Assembly: GCA_046153645.1 (NCBI GenBank)
Contig: JBJXGI010000101.1
Location: 1-48,578 of the forward strand
Length of the DNA stretch: 48,578 nt
Direction of reading: 5' to 3'
Source of the DNA: Elusimicrobiota bacterium
GTDB lineage: Bacteria > Elusimicrobiota > Elusimicrobia > F11
The notes under the pieces were generated by a model. That model had not been told where the DNA came from, did no database searches, and saw nothing but the letters and a program-made list of their open reading frames with translations. Of this stretch, positions 21,181 to 31,282 are shown piece by piece. The first letter of the stretch is position 1, and each line of letters opens with the position of its first letter. The translations under genes and the position numbers were made by a program.

Positions 21181-21208
21181 ATTATAAGAGTTAATGATCA
21201 TCTCGTAA
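21181..21208 (-). promoter_or_regulatory. Sigma70-type promoter TTACGA-N16-TATAAT, 7 nt before the tamB ATG (probably leaderless)
   Basis: Perfect TATAAT at 21181-21186; no SD before ATG 21173. Confidence 0.55.
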
Positions 21209-21210
21209 CT

Positions 21211-21236
21211 ACCTTCTTAGTACAACTAAGACCGGT
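21211..21236 (-). terminator. Stem-loop after the clpC stop (TCTTAGT-TGT-ACTAAGA)
   Basis: 7-bp perfect inverted repeat; no U-tract. Confidence 0.35.
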
Positions 21237-23714
21237 TTAGCTTCGAACGGCTTTTTTAATTGGTGTGGGACTGAACATGAGTTTTTTAGCCTCTGTATCA
21301 AGGTCAACAAAAACCTTTCCACCGGTTGTTAGTCTCTTGGCCAAAATTTCTTCAGCCAGAGGGTCTTCCAAGTGCCGCTGGATGGTGCGAACCAAAGGTC
21401 TCGCCCCATAATTGGGATCAAACCCCTGGTCAACCAAGAAATCTTTGGCCTCCTCAGTGAGAACTGGAACGATATCTTGAGATGCAAGTTTTTTATTCAC
21501 CCGATCAAGAATTAGATCAAGAATTTTTCTCGCGTCGTCTTTCGATATAGGATGAAACACAATGATATCGTCAATTCTGTTAATGAATTCAGGATTAAAG
21601 TGACGTTTCACTTCTTCCATCACAGTTGATTTCATCGCCTGATAATCTTTTTCAGTGTCATCATTTGAGATAAATCCAACCGATTTACCCTTAGAAATAA
21701 GTCTAGCACCGACATTTGAAGTCATGATGATAACCGTGTTTTTAAAACTAACGCGATGACCTAGATTATCAGTAACTTGCCCATCATCCATGATTTGGAG
21801 AAGAATATTAAAAGTATCGGGATGCGCTTTTTCAATTTCATCCAACAAAACAACAGAATAGGGCTTTCTACGAACCGCTTCGGTTAATTGACCACCTTCT
21901 TCATATCCTACATATCCAGGAGGCGCTCCAATGAGACGAGAAACCGAGAACTTTTCCATATATTCAGACATGTCAATTCGAATAAGTGATTCTTCATTTC
22001 CAAATAAAAACTCAGCCAGAGCACGAGCCAACTCAGTTTTACCAACTCCAGTTGGACCCATGAAAATAAAACTTCCCACTGGTTTCTTTGGATCTTTCAA
22101 GCCAGTTCTAGAACGGCGAATAGCTTGAGAAATACTTCGAATGGCTTCCTGTTGACCAATAACACGATGATGAAGAGCATCTTCCATGTGTAAAAGCTTA
22201 TCGCTTTCTTTCTCTGTTAGTTTATTAGTGGGAATACCCGTCCACATGGAAACAACTGTCGCAATATCTTCAGATGTAATTGCAGGAATAGTTTCTTCTC
22301 TACTGGCGCGCCATTTCTTTTTAGAGTCTTCGATGGATTTCTTCATCTCCTTCTCTTGATCTCGTAAACGTGCCGCTTTCTCATACTCTTGAGAAGCAAT
22401 AGCAGAATCTTTATCTTTTGTAAGACTTTCTAATTCCCCTTCGCGATCTTTGATGCTTTTAGGCATAGTGGAAATTTGAAGTCGAGATCGACTCCCTGCT
22501 TCATCAATTAAATCAATGGCTTTGTCTGGCAAAAACCGATCAGTTATATACCGTTCTGCCATTTCAGCGGCAGCTTTAAGAGCCTCATCGTCATACTTTA
22601 CTTTATGATGAGTTTCATATTTTTCTCTTAAACCAGATAAAATCTTAACAGTATCGTCCACACTTGGTGGCTCAACATTAATGGGTTGGAAACGTCTCTC
22701 TAAGGCAGCGTCATGCTCAATGTGACGACGATATTCATCTAATGTCGTCGCACCAATGCACTGTAACTCTCCACGAGCCAAAGCGGGCTTAAGCATATTA
22801 GACGCATCAATAGCTCCTTCTGCGGCACCTGCACCAATAACGGTGTGCAATTCATCAATAAATAGAATAATCTGATTTTTGGCTCGACGAATTTCTTCCA
22901 TGATATTCTTAAGGCGTTGTTCAAATTCCCCTCGATATTTTGTCCCAGCAACAACCGCGGCTAAATCAAGAGTCATCACTCGCTTGCCTTGTAAAATTTC
23001 AGGAATGTCTCCCCCGGCAATTTTCTGGGCCAAACCTTCTACAATCGCTGTTTTTCCTACACCAGGATCACCAATCAGAACAGGATTATTTTTTGTTCTC
23101 CGAGCCAATATTTGCACTAACCTTTCAATTTCATCATGACGACCAATAACTGGATCGCATTTCTTCTCTCTTGCAAGAACGGTTAAATCACGACCGAATT
23201 CATCTAAAGTTGGCGTTTTTGATTTGCTTTTAGAGCCGGTGGTGGTTTGCTGCTGAGGTTGTGAAGCCTGAGGCTGTCCTTCTCCCAAAAGAGAAATAAC
23301 TTCTTCCCTCACAACATCTAAACGAACCCCTAAATTTTCTAATACACGCGCGGCAACACCTTCTTCTTCTCGAATAAGACCCAGCAGAAGATGTTCAGTA
23401 CCGACATAATTGTGTCCCATGTTTTGAGCTTCTTCAACAGCGAGCTCTAAAACTTTTTTGGCACGAGGTGTAAATGGAATTTCACCGAGCAACATAACAT
23501 TATCACCGGTGCCCACGATCTTTTCAATTTCTGTGCGAACCCGACGCAAGTCAACCCCCAAATTAGCAAGGACTTGCGCAGCAACACCTTCTCCTAAGGC
23601 AATAAGCCCTAAAAGCAAATGTTCTGTTCCAACATAATCGTGATTGAGCCTTTTTGCTTCTTCTTGAGCAATAAGAATAACGCGCTGCGCTCTCTCAGTA
23701 AACCGGTTTGACAT
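21237..23714 (-). CDS. clpC: ATP-dependent Clp protease ATP-binding subunit ClpC
   Basis: Two Clp-N repeats, two AAA modules ([16 protein letters not shown]), short UVR-type middle domain ([11 protein letters not shown]), VGF ClpP-binding loop; SD AGGAGG. Confidence 0.95.
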   Translation of the reverse strand: MSNRFTERAQRVILIAQEEAKRLNHDYVGTEHLLLGLIALGEGVAAQVLANLGVDLRRVRTEIEKIVGTGDNVMLLGEIPFTPRAKKVLELAVEEAQNMGHNYVGTEHLLLGLIREEEGVAARVLENLGVRLDVVREEVISLLGEGQPQASQPQQQTTTGSKSKSKTPTLDEFGRDLTVLAREKKCDPVIGRHDEIERLVQILARRTKNNPVLIGDPGVGKTAIVEGLAQKIAGGDIPEILQGKRVMTLDLAAVVAGTKYRGEFEQRLKNIMEEIRRAKNQIILFIDELHTVIGAGAAEGAIDASNMLKPALARGELQCIGATTLDEYRRHIEHDAALERRFQPINVEPPSVDDTVKILSGLREKYETHHKVKYDDEALKAAAEMAERYITDRFLPDKAIDLIDEAGSRSRLQISTMPKSIKDREGELESLTKDKDSAIASQEYEKAARLRDQEKEMKKSIEDSKKKWRASREETIPAITSEDIATVVSMWTGIPTNKLTEKESDKLLHMEDALHHRVIGQQEAIRSISQAIRRSRTGLKDPKKPVGSFIFMGPTGVGKTELARALAEFLFGNEESLIRIDMSEYMEKFSVSRLIGAPPGYVGYEEGGQLTEAVRRKPYSVVLLDEIEKAHPDTFNILLQIMDDGQVTDNLGHRVSFKNTVIIMTSNVGARLISKGKSVGFISNDDTEKDYQAMKSTVMEEVKRHFNPEFINRIDDIIVFHPISKDDARKILDLILDRVNKKLASQDIVPVLTEEAKDFLVDQGFDPNYGARPLVRTIQRHLEDPLAEEILAKRLTTGGKVFVDLDTEAKKLMFSPTPIKKAVRS

Positions 23715-23900
23715 TCGGATTATTCCTCCTTGGGGTCCATCTTAATTTTTTATCTTCACTATCATAGCTAATTTAAAACATTGAAACATTTATTCTACAG
23801 TCACTTTAAAGAGTTTAGAGAACGTATTGAAAAATTGCCATGTTTTTTTAAAACTCCAAGTGTAAAGAAAAACATCTCCGACAAGAAATGGTTCCCCACA

Positions 23901-24782
23901 TTACAGCAAAGTTTCTTTTTGAATAACCTCTCTAAATAACCGAATAAGACCCAGTGTTACCATTCCAGGCTTACCAGAACCTATTTTTTTATTATCAATT
24001 TTAGTAACTGGTATCACTTCGGCGGCTGTCCCTGTAAAGAATACTTCGTCGCAATTGAAGAATACTTGAGACTTAAAATCTTTCTCTAATAATTTATAAC
24101 CTGTTTTTTTAGTAATCAGTTCCATCACAACTTCACGAGTGATTCCTTCCAATACTCCAGCGGAAACAGGAGGTGTTGTAATCGTATTGCCTTTCACAAT
24201 AAAAATGTTATCTCCCGTACACTCAGAAACATTTCCCTGATTATTTAACATGACCGCTTCCGGAACACCGGCTCGAACCGCTTCAATTTTTGCTTGGATA
24301 TTATTGAGGTAATTCATTGATTTAATTCTAGGGTCTAAAGCCTGTGGAATATTTCTCATGGTTTTAGCAATAATGGCCGATAACCCGTTTTCATAGCACT
24401 CTTTAGGAAAAAGGGCCAACTTATCCGCAATCACAATAATAGAAGGTTTTTTACAAACAAAAGGATTGAGCCCCAAATCACCAACACCACGAGTCACTAA
24501 CAAACGAATGTAGGCATCTTTTAAATTATTTTTTTTAAGCGCTAACTTAACGATATTTCCCAGTGAAGAGAGCGACAGCGGAATTTTCAACGAAACCATT
24601 TTGGCGGACCGGCCTAACCTGGCCAAATGTTTTTCTAATCTAAAAACAGAACCGTTATAGGCACGAATTCCTTCAAAAATACCGTCACCATAAAGAAGAC
24701 CATGATCATAAACAGAAATTTTTGCCTGTGATTTCTTCAACCACTTTCCATCGATAAAAATAATATTTTCGGACATTGACAT
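23901..24782 (-). CDS. ilvE: Branched-chain amino acid aminotransferase
   Basis: HGLLYGDGIFEGIRAY, IKSMNY (PLP Lys), LEGITR, TGTAAEVIPV. Confidence 0.95.
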   Translation of the reverse strand: MSMSENIIFIDGKWLKKSQAKISVYDHGLLYGDGIFEGIRAYNGSVFRLEKHLARLGRSAKMVSLKIPLSLSSLGNIVKLALKKNNLKDAYIRLLVTRGVGDLGLNPFVCKKPSIIVIADKLALFPKECYENGLSAIIAKTMRNIPQALDPRIKSMNYLNNIQAKIEAVRAGVPEAVMLNNQGNVSECTGDNIFIVKGNTITTPPVSAGVLEGITREVVMELITKKTGYKLLEKDFKSQVFFNCDEVFFTGTAAEVIPVTKIDNKKIGSGKPGMVTLGLIRLFREVIQKETLL

Positions 24783-24787
24783 CTCTC

Positions 24788-25456
24788 CTAAACCAATTTG
24801 CCTTCTTTCAAATGATAAATTTTATCTGTATGTTTGGCCAACCCCTCATTATGAGTGACCACGATTGCGGCCATATTTTTTTCTAAAACACTTTCTCGAA
24901 TGAGTTGAAACATGTCTAAAGCGGAAGCCTCATCCAAATTGCCAGTCGGTTCATCACAGAGCAAAATATGTGGATCTCTCATCATTGATCTTGCAAATGC
25001 GACCCGCTGTTGCTCTCCACCAGATAACTCATAAGGACGGTGAGAAAGACGATCAACCAACCCTAATTTAGTTAACAACTCTCGAGCTTTTTTTTCTGCA
25101 TCATTCAAATTATCATTGGCAAGGCGCGCAGGAATCATGACATTTTCTAGCGCAGAAAAATCAGGAAGCAAATAATGAAATTGAAATAAAAAACCTATTT
25201 TGGAAAGCCTTAAAAAAGATTTTTCTTCGTGAGACAACTCAAGAACTTTTTCGTTATCGATAAAAATTTCACCTGAAGTGGGTTTTTCCATAAGCCCAGC
25301 AAGGTGGAGCAATGTTGATTTTCCAACCCCTGAGGCTCCCAAAATAGCAATTATTTCCCCTCTCTTAAGCTGGAGAGAGGCTCCTTTTAAAATGTGCAGG
25401 TTTCCAAAACTTTTAGAGATATCTGTTAATTCAAGAACAAAGGAGTTTGAGTTCAT
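24788..25456 (-). CDS. lolD: Lipoprotein-releasing ABC transporter ATP-binding protein
   Basis: GASGVGKSTLL, IGFLFQFHYLLPDF, LSGGEQQR, DEPTGNLD. Confidence 0.88.
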   Translation of the reverse strand: MNSNSFVLELTDISKSFGNLHILKGASLQLKRGEIIAILGASGVGKSTLLHLAGLMEKPTSGEIFIDNEKVLELSHEEKSFLRLSKIGFLFQFHYLLPDFSALENVMIPARLANDNLNDAEKKARELLTKLGLVDRLSHRPYELSGGEQQRVAFARSMMRDPHILLCDEPTGNLDEASALDMFQLIRESVLEKNMAAIVVTHNEGLAKHTDKIYHLKEGKLV

Positions 25457-25458
25457 AA

Positions 25459-26700
25459 TTACCCAAACCGAATGGCTTCAATAGGATCAATTTTTGAAGC
25501 CCGCCTAGCAGGATAAATTGTCGCAATTAGCACAATCAAAATCGCAACAGTAACAACCAAAAAGATATCTCCCCATATAATTTTAACAGGAAGCTTATCT
25601 ATGTAATAAACATCAGCAGGCAAAGAAATCAGATTCGAATGTTTTAATACGAGAGCGCCAACAACACCAAAAACCGCTCCAATCATTGTTCCCAAGGTTC
25701 CCATGAATAATCCCTGAAGCAAAAAAATATTATGAATGGTTTTAGAAGTAGCTCCCATCGCACATAAAATGCCTATTTCTTTTATTTTTTGACTAATACT
25801 CAACAACAAATTGGTAACAACCATGACCGCTGCCACGACCGTGATAAGAATTAAAATAATAAACATGACTGTTTTTTCTAACTTAAGGGCAGAAAAAAGA
25901 TTCTTATTTAAAGATAACCAGGAGCGAACCCAATAAGTGCCATCTAGATCTAACTGTAATTTGCGAACGATTGTTTCAACTTGATCAGGGTTTTTAATGC
26001 GCATTCCAAAACCGGAAATTCCACTCTTCATATCTAAAACACGTTGAGAAGGTTCTAAATCCATATAAGCCAGGGCGGAATCATAATCATATAAACCACT
26101 CTGAACCACACCAGAAAATTCAAAAACATGAGCTTTAGGAATGGAAAAAGGGGTTAAACCAACTGAACCGGGTGTCACAACCCAAACTTTATCTCCCACT
26201 CTGGCACCGATATTTTTAGCAAGCTCAGTACCCAAAAATATTTTATTTTTAGGAAAATCAGGTCGATCATTTTTAATGGTGAGATCATTCCATTGCGCGC
26301 CCAATAACTTCCCCTCTAAATTGGCCACACGAGGTTCAAGAGCGGGATTGATTCCCTTTAATATCGCACCTGAACTTGAAGCGCCTTTTCCAATTAATAT
26401 CTGACCTGAAACAAAAGGAGAGAAAGCTAAAATATTTCCATTCTGTTCTAAGAGATTACTAATTTGAGATGGATGATCAGGAAGTGTTCCTGTAAAGGGT
26501 GTTAAGATAATATGAGGTTGGATTCCCAAAATTCGACTACGAATATCTTCCCTAAACCCGGTCATGACAGAAAGTGTGATAATAAGCGCCATTACTCCAA
26601 CAGCTACACTTCCGGTAGCTAACCAACCAATGGCCCATCCGAAGGCTCCCGGTCGATGATTCAAAAGGTACCTTCTGGCAAGATAAGCAGTTGCTAACAT
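25459..26700 (-). CDS. lolC: Lipoprotein-releasing ABC transporter permease (LolC/E family)
   Basis: VGVMALIITLSVMTGF, NLFSALKLEK, EIGILCAMGA, VYYIDKLP, YPARRAS. Confidence 0.85.
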   Translation of the reverse strand: MLATAYLARRYLLNHRPGAFGWAIGWLATGSVAVGVMALIITLSVMTGFREDIRSRILGIQPHIILTPFTGTLPDHPSQISNLLEQNGNILAFSPFVSGQILIGKGASSSGAILKGINPALEPRVANLEGKLLGAQWNDLTIKNDRPDFPKNKIFLGTELAKNIGARVGDKVWVVTPGSVGLTPFSIPKAHVFEFSGVVQSGLYDYDSALAYMDLEPSQRVLDMKSGISGFGMRIKNPDQVETIVRKLQLDLDGTYWVRSWLSLNKNLFSALKLEKTVMFIILILITVVAAVMVVTNLLLSISQKIKEIGILCAMGATSKTIHNIFLLQGLFMGTLGTMIGAVFGVVGALVLKHSNLISLPADVYYIDKLPVKIIWGDIFLVVTVAILIVLIATIYPARRASKIDPIEAIRFG

Positions 26701-26702
26701 GT

Positions 26703-28223
26703 TTAAGATTGAGGTCGAAGAAGAGGAAAAAGAATAACTTCGCGGATAGAATCGGTGCCTGTTAAAATCATTGTCAGTCGATCAATACCAATACCAAGCC
26801 CACCGGCCGGAGGCATTCCATGCTCAAGCGCCAATAAAAATTCTTCATCAACGGGCATGGCCTCTTCGTCACCACTTTGGCGTTTGGCCAGTTCGGCGGA
26901 AAATTTTTTACGCTGCTCATCAGGATCATTTTGCTCTGTATAAGCATTGGCTACTTCTTCTTTGGCAACAAATAATTCAAATCGATCTGCTAACAAAGGT
27001 TGAGTTGGTTTTACTTTAGCCAAAGGAGAAAACGCCGTTGGATAATCTAAAACAAAAGTAGGTTTTTTAAAATGAACTAAAATTCTTTCATCAAAAAGAA
27101 GATCAAAACATTTCCTTTCTGTTAAATCAGAATCAACTTTGAGTCCTTTTGATTTGGCAGCCTCAAACCAACCGCCATTTTTACATAGTTCGATATAATC
27201 TAAATCTAAATATTTTTTAAAAAGATCAACCAAAGAAGCGCGTTCAAATGGTTCCAAAATAAGACATTCTTCGCCTCTATAAGTTGTTTTTTCTACACCA
27301 ATTTTTTTGGCAGCATTTTGGATAAGAAGCTCTGCTAAATCCATCATATCGTTGACATCACCATAAGCTTGATAAACTTCCATGATGGTAAATTCAGGAT
27401 TATGTCGGGTGTCAATTCCTTCATTTCTGAAAGCGCGACCGATTTCATATACACGCTCAAAACCGCCCACAATAAGGCGTTTTAAATAAAGCTCTGGTGC
27501 AATCCTCATATGAAGCTCTAAATCGAGCGCTTCGTGATGAGTCGTAAATGGTTTTGCGGCCGCTCCGCCAGGAACAGCTTGCATCATCGGAGTTTCAACT
27601 TCAATAAACCCCATGCCATCTAAAGTTTGACGAACAGAAGAGATGATTTTTGTTCGGTTTAAAAAACGCTTTCTGCTTTCTTCATTTGTTCCCAAATCTA
27701 ATTCTCTTTGACGACTACGAGTTTCCACGTCAGTAATGCCGTGATATTTTTCCGGCCAGGGCCTAAGTGACTTAGACAGAACTTCAAAGGAGTTCATATG
27801 AACAGAAAGCTCGCCCGTTTTTGTACGCGTCATTTGCCCGGTAATCGCGACAATATCACCCAAATCGGCATCTTTTAAAAATTCTTTGTACTTTTCTTCG
27901 CCAATGTCTTGCTTCGTTATTTTAATTTGAACTTTTCCAGTTCGATCATGAATATGAGCAAAACAAAGCTTTCCGATATCACGGCGAGTCATCATCCTGC
28001 CAGCAATCTTAACGATTTCTGGGTCTAGTTCATGAGGTTGATCACTTTGTTTAGGAATTTTCGGATCAAATATTCGAATGAGTTCCTCAATGGTATGAGA
28101 TCTTAAATAACGATGACCGTAAGGAGTTTTCCCTTCAACAATGAGACGATCTTTTTTTTCTCGTCTTTGACTAATAATTTGATCAATAGCGGCTGAATTG
28201 TCGCTTTGGGTTGGAGTCGTCAT
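26703..28223 (-). CDS. lysS: Lysine--tRNA ligase (class II)
   Basis: OB anticodon domain, EVETPMM, RIAPELYLKRL, FRNEGID..HNPEF, GMPPAGGLGIGIDRL; start trimmed to ATG 28223. Confidence 0.97.
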   Translation of the reverse strand: MTTPTQSDNSAAIDQIISQRREKKDRLIVEGKTPYGHRYLRSHTIEELIRIFDPKIPKQSDQPHELDPEIVKIAGRMMTRRDIGKLCFAHIHDRTGKVQIKITKQDIGEEKYKEFLKDADLGDIVAITGQMTRTKTGELSVHMNSFEVLSKSLRPWPEKYHGITDVETRSRQRELDLGTNEESRKRFLNRTKIISSVRQTLDGMGFIEVETPMMQAVPGGAAAKPFTTHHEALDLELHMRIAPELYLKRLIVGGFERVYEIGRAFRNEGIDTRHNPEFTIMEVYQAYGDVNDMMDLAELLIQNAAKKIGVEKTTYRGEECLILEPFERASLVDLFKKYLDLDYIELCKNGGWFEAAKSKGLKVDSDLTERKCFDLLFDERILVHFKKPTFVLDYPTAFSPLAKVKPTQPLLADRFELFVAKEEVANAYTEQNDPDEQRKKFSAELAKRQSGDEEAMPVDEEFLLALEHGMPPAGGLGIGIDRLTMILTGTDSIREVILFPLLRPQS

Positions 28224-28230
28224 AAGAAAA

Positions 28231-28596
28231 TTAGTTGGCTTGAAGGGATTCTGAGATTTTCTGTCGAAGTGTTTTAGGATCAAACGGTTTTTCTAATAAC
28301 GCTTTAACATTGGCAGACATTGCAAACACATCTCGTAATTGCCCTTTGGCGGTGAGAATAATAATAGGAATATCTTTCGTTTTTGGACTCGCTAATAACT
28401 GAGTTTGAACGGTATAACCATCCATTTCAGGCATCATCACATCAAGGAGAATAAGATTAGGAAGTTCTGCTCGAGCCAAATCTAAGCCTTCCCGACCATT
28501 GTAAGCCGTTATCACTTGATAACCGTCTTTTTCAAGTAAAAATTTAAGTAGTTCAACAACGTCTTTTTCATCATCCACAACTAAAATTTTTGCCAC
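28231..28596 (-). CDS. Single-domain response regulator (CheY-like receiver)
   Basis: ILVVDDE, LLDVMMPEMDG, LTAK, KPF; GTG start with SD GGAG. Confidence 0.92.
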   Translation of the reverse strand: MAKILVVDDEKDVVELLKFLLEKDGYQVITAYNGREGLDLARAELPNLILLDVMMPEMDGYTVQTQLLASPKTKDIPIIILTAKGQLRDVFAMSANVKALLEKPFDPKTLRQKISESLQAN

Positions 28597-28617
28597 CGTT
28601 TACTCCTGAATTAAAAT

Positions 28618-29740
28618 TTATGGTTGCAGTGTAGCATCTTTTTTAGTGGCCTTCCAATCCAAATAAGCTTTGATAAAGGAATCTATTTCTCCATCCAAGA
28701 CCCCTTGAACCTGACTGGTCTCAAAATCTGACCTTAAATCTTTTACCATTTGATAGGGCATAAAAACATAAGAACGGATTTGATGTCCCCAAGCAATTTG
28801 ACCACGTTCATCGTAATGCTTTTCAATGGCCGCACGCTGTTTCTCTTGTTCAAGATCATAAAGCTTTGCTTTAAGAACTTTCATCGCTGTTTCTCTATTT
28901 TTGATTTGGGATCTTTCTTTTTGACAAGCAACCACTGTTCCTGTTGGAACGTGAGTAATTCGAACTGCGGATTCCGTTTTATTTACGTGTTGACCACCCG
29001 CTCCTGAAGCGCGGTAGGTATCAATCTTAAGATCCGCCTCATTAATTTCAATTTGAATTTCATCTTCTACTTCTGGGATAACATCAATGGAGGCAAAAGA
29101 AGTGTGTCGACGAGCATTTGAATCAAAGGGTGATATTCGCACCAACCGGTGTACTCCCATCTCGGCTTTTAATAACCCGTAAGCAAAAGGACCGCTTACA
29201 ATTGCCGTTACCCTGCGAATACCCGCGCCATCACCATCTAAAAAATCAGTAATTTCAAAATTAATTCCCTTCCGTTCAGCCCAACGAGAATACATTCTCA
29301 GGAGCATATCTGCCCAATCGCAAGCTTCTGTTCCCCCGGCACCTGCATGGATGGTCAAGATGGCATTTGAATTATCAAAAGGGGCACTCAAAAGCGCTTG
29401 AATCTCAAGATCGCTTATTTTTTGTGTCAGGGGTTTTAATAATTGGGCCACTTCTAACTCTTCTTTTTCATCTTTGACTTCTTCAGCCAAATCAAGGTGA
29501 GCCAATAAATCATTTAATTGTGAAGAAAGTGTTTCCCAGTTTTTAACAGTATCCTTAGCAAGATTCAATTCTCGCATAACGCCTTTGGCTTGAATGGCAT
29601 TACTCCAAAATTCAGGATCTGAGGATTTTGCTTCTAAATTAACTATTTTTTCTCTCTTGCCGGGGACGTCAAAGAAACCTCCCCATATCAAGGATTTTTT
29701 TTGATAAGCCTTCTAATTGATTGCGTAGTTCTCTAGACAT
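28618..29740 (-). CDS. prfB: Peptide chain release factor 2 (programmed +1 frameshift)
   Basis: ATG 29740 opens MSRELRNQLEGLSKKILDMGRFL, then CTT-TGA-C, then +1 into DVPGKRE...; SPF and GGQ motifs. Confidence 0.97.
29668..29683 (-). other. RF2 autoregulatory +1 frameshift site GGGAGG-TTT-CTT-TGA-C
   Basis: Internal SD 3 nt before the CTT TGA C slippery site, the canonical prfB arrangement. Confidence 0.95.
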
Positions 29741-29746
29741 GGGAAA

Positions 29747-29755
29747 AGTATATCA
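29747..29755 (-). promoter_or_regulatory. Extended -10 promoter TGaTATACT, 6 nt before the prfB ATG (probably leaderless)
   Basis: TGnTATACT-TTTCCC-ATG, no SD. Confidence 0.55.
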
Positions 29756-29766
29756 AAAAGAAATTT

Positions 29767-31272
29767 CTATCTCAGAAAGACGAACAAAATCAATAAAAAA
29801 TTGAAAAACAAAAATAATCGTTCTCCCCAAGAAAAGTGGGATTTAACTGAATACACTTTTAGATCCGCAATAACCAATTGTTTAGTGAGCAGGGGCGTTT
29901 GACAAACAACTTCACCAACAGGAGAAATAATTCCAGAGATCCCTGTATTGGCCACGCGAACCAGTGGAATTCCATTTTCAACGGCTCTTAAAATATTGGT
30001 ATTAAAATGTTGTTCGGGGGCCGAAGTACCTAGAAACCACCCATCATTGGTGATATTCACAAAAACCTGAGCCCCCTTTTTCTTCATTTTATTCATAAGT
30101 CGAGGAAAAATAGCCTCATAACAAATAGAAGGAGAAAAAAGCATATCTCGAACAGAAAACATAACAGGTGATCGACCACGATCAAACTGCCCCAACTGTC
30201 CCAAATAAGGAATCCACCTCGAAAAAATCTTTCCAAACGGAACATATTCTCCAAAAGGAACCAGGTGTTGTTTCGAATATTGCGCTTGAATGTCTCCCGT
30301 TGATGAAAACAGGAAGGCAGAATTCAAATGTCGATTTTCCAATTGAGAAACAGCTCCCACAATAGAGGGGACAGCAGACTCTTCCACTAAATGTTTGAGC
30401 CAATCCATATAAAAAGGTTCATTTGGAATCCAACCTGGAATTGAACTTTCCGGCCAAATAATTAAGTCCACTTTTTCTTTAAGGGTTTGTTGAATTAAAT
30501 CATAGTAGGTTTTACGAATAGACATTTCGTGAGAATCATCCCACTTCGAATACTGGTCTACGTTTCCTTGAAGCAAAGCAACTTTTATAGATTTGGCATT
30601 TGGTTCCAATAACCTAGACTGCCGGACTCGCAAAAAACCAAATAGGACCGTTGACAGGACAAGAAAAGAAATAAAAATAAAATGAAACCCTGCACTGCGT
30701 AATCGACTCACTGAAAACAGAAAAGATGAGATGAACCCAACTATAGACATGTTCACAGCTATAATAAGGAAAGACAATACAGGCGAACCAAAAACAGAGC
30801 TAATTTGGATCAAATATAAATGATGAACCTGACTATGAGATAAAAGAGCCCAAGGAAACCCCGTGACAACAAAACCTTTTATCTCTTCAAGGCACACCCA
30901 TAAAGCAGCTGAAAAAAAATACTTTAAAAAACCATGCGGAACAGCATCTACCAATAATTTAAATACACCAAAATAAACGGCCATGAGCCCCGCAAGCGCT
31001 ATCCAACATGAGAATGTTGTAATTCGGTTTAACCCCGCCGCGTGGAAAGTATCCCACAACCAATAAAAAATAACCAAATTGGCTATAAAACCAGCCACGT
31101 ATCCCAAAGAAAAAGATTTTAGTTTTAGGTTTGAAATTGAAAAACGGGATATTGAGGGTGATGAGATTACAAATAAAGGAACAAAGGCGATCCAGGTTAA
31201 ATATGAAATATTAAACGGAGGAAACGCCAGGGAATAAAAAACACCACAAGCAATGGCGTAAAGATAAGCCAT
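29767..31272 (-). CDS. lnt: Apolipoprotein N-acyltransferase
   Basis: Multi-TM; GFPW, IIWPES, YSKQHLVPFGEY, ICYE, NITNDGWF, RAVENG; start trimmed to ATG 31272 after the secA stop. Confidence 0.95.
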   Translation of the reverse strand: MAYLYAIACGVFYSLAFPPFNISYLTWIAFVPLFVISSPSISRFSISNLKLKSFSLGYVAGFIANLVIFYWLWDTFHAAGLNRITTFSCWIALAGLMAVYFGVFKLLVDAVPHGFLKYFFSAALWVCLEEIKGFVVTGFPWALLSHSQVHHLYLIQISSVFGSPVLSFLIIAVNMSIVGFISSFLFSVSRLRSAGFHFIFISFLVLSTVLFGFLRVRQSRLLEPNAKSIKVALLQGNVDQYSKWDDSHEMSIRKTYYDLIQQTLKEKVDLIIWPESSIPGWIPNEPFYMDWLKHLVEESAVPSIVGAVSQLENRHLNSAFLFSSTGDIQAQYSKQHLVPFGEYVPFGKIFSRWIPYLGQLGQFDRGRSPVMFSVRDMLFSPSICYEAIFPRLMNKMKKKGAQVFVNITNDGWFLGTSAPEQHFNTNILRAVENGIPLVRVANTGISGIISPVGEVVCQTPLLTKQLVIADLKVYSVKSHFSWGERLFLFFNFLLILFVFLR

Positions 31273-31282
31273 AGAATTGAAC

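Noticed and set aside
23715..23900. CtsR box, CIRCE element or sRNA upstream of clpC
   Set aside because: There is no GTCAA direct repeat, no TTAGCACTC-N9-GAGTGCTAA and no convincing structure, only partial -10-like hexamers (TAGAAT, TATGAT).
29669..29671. prfB TGA as selenocysteine or a pseudogene lesion
   Set aside because: It matches the canonical RF2 +1 frameshift, and the coding sequence continues in the +1 frame.
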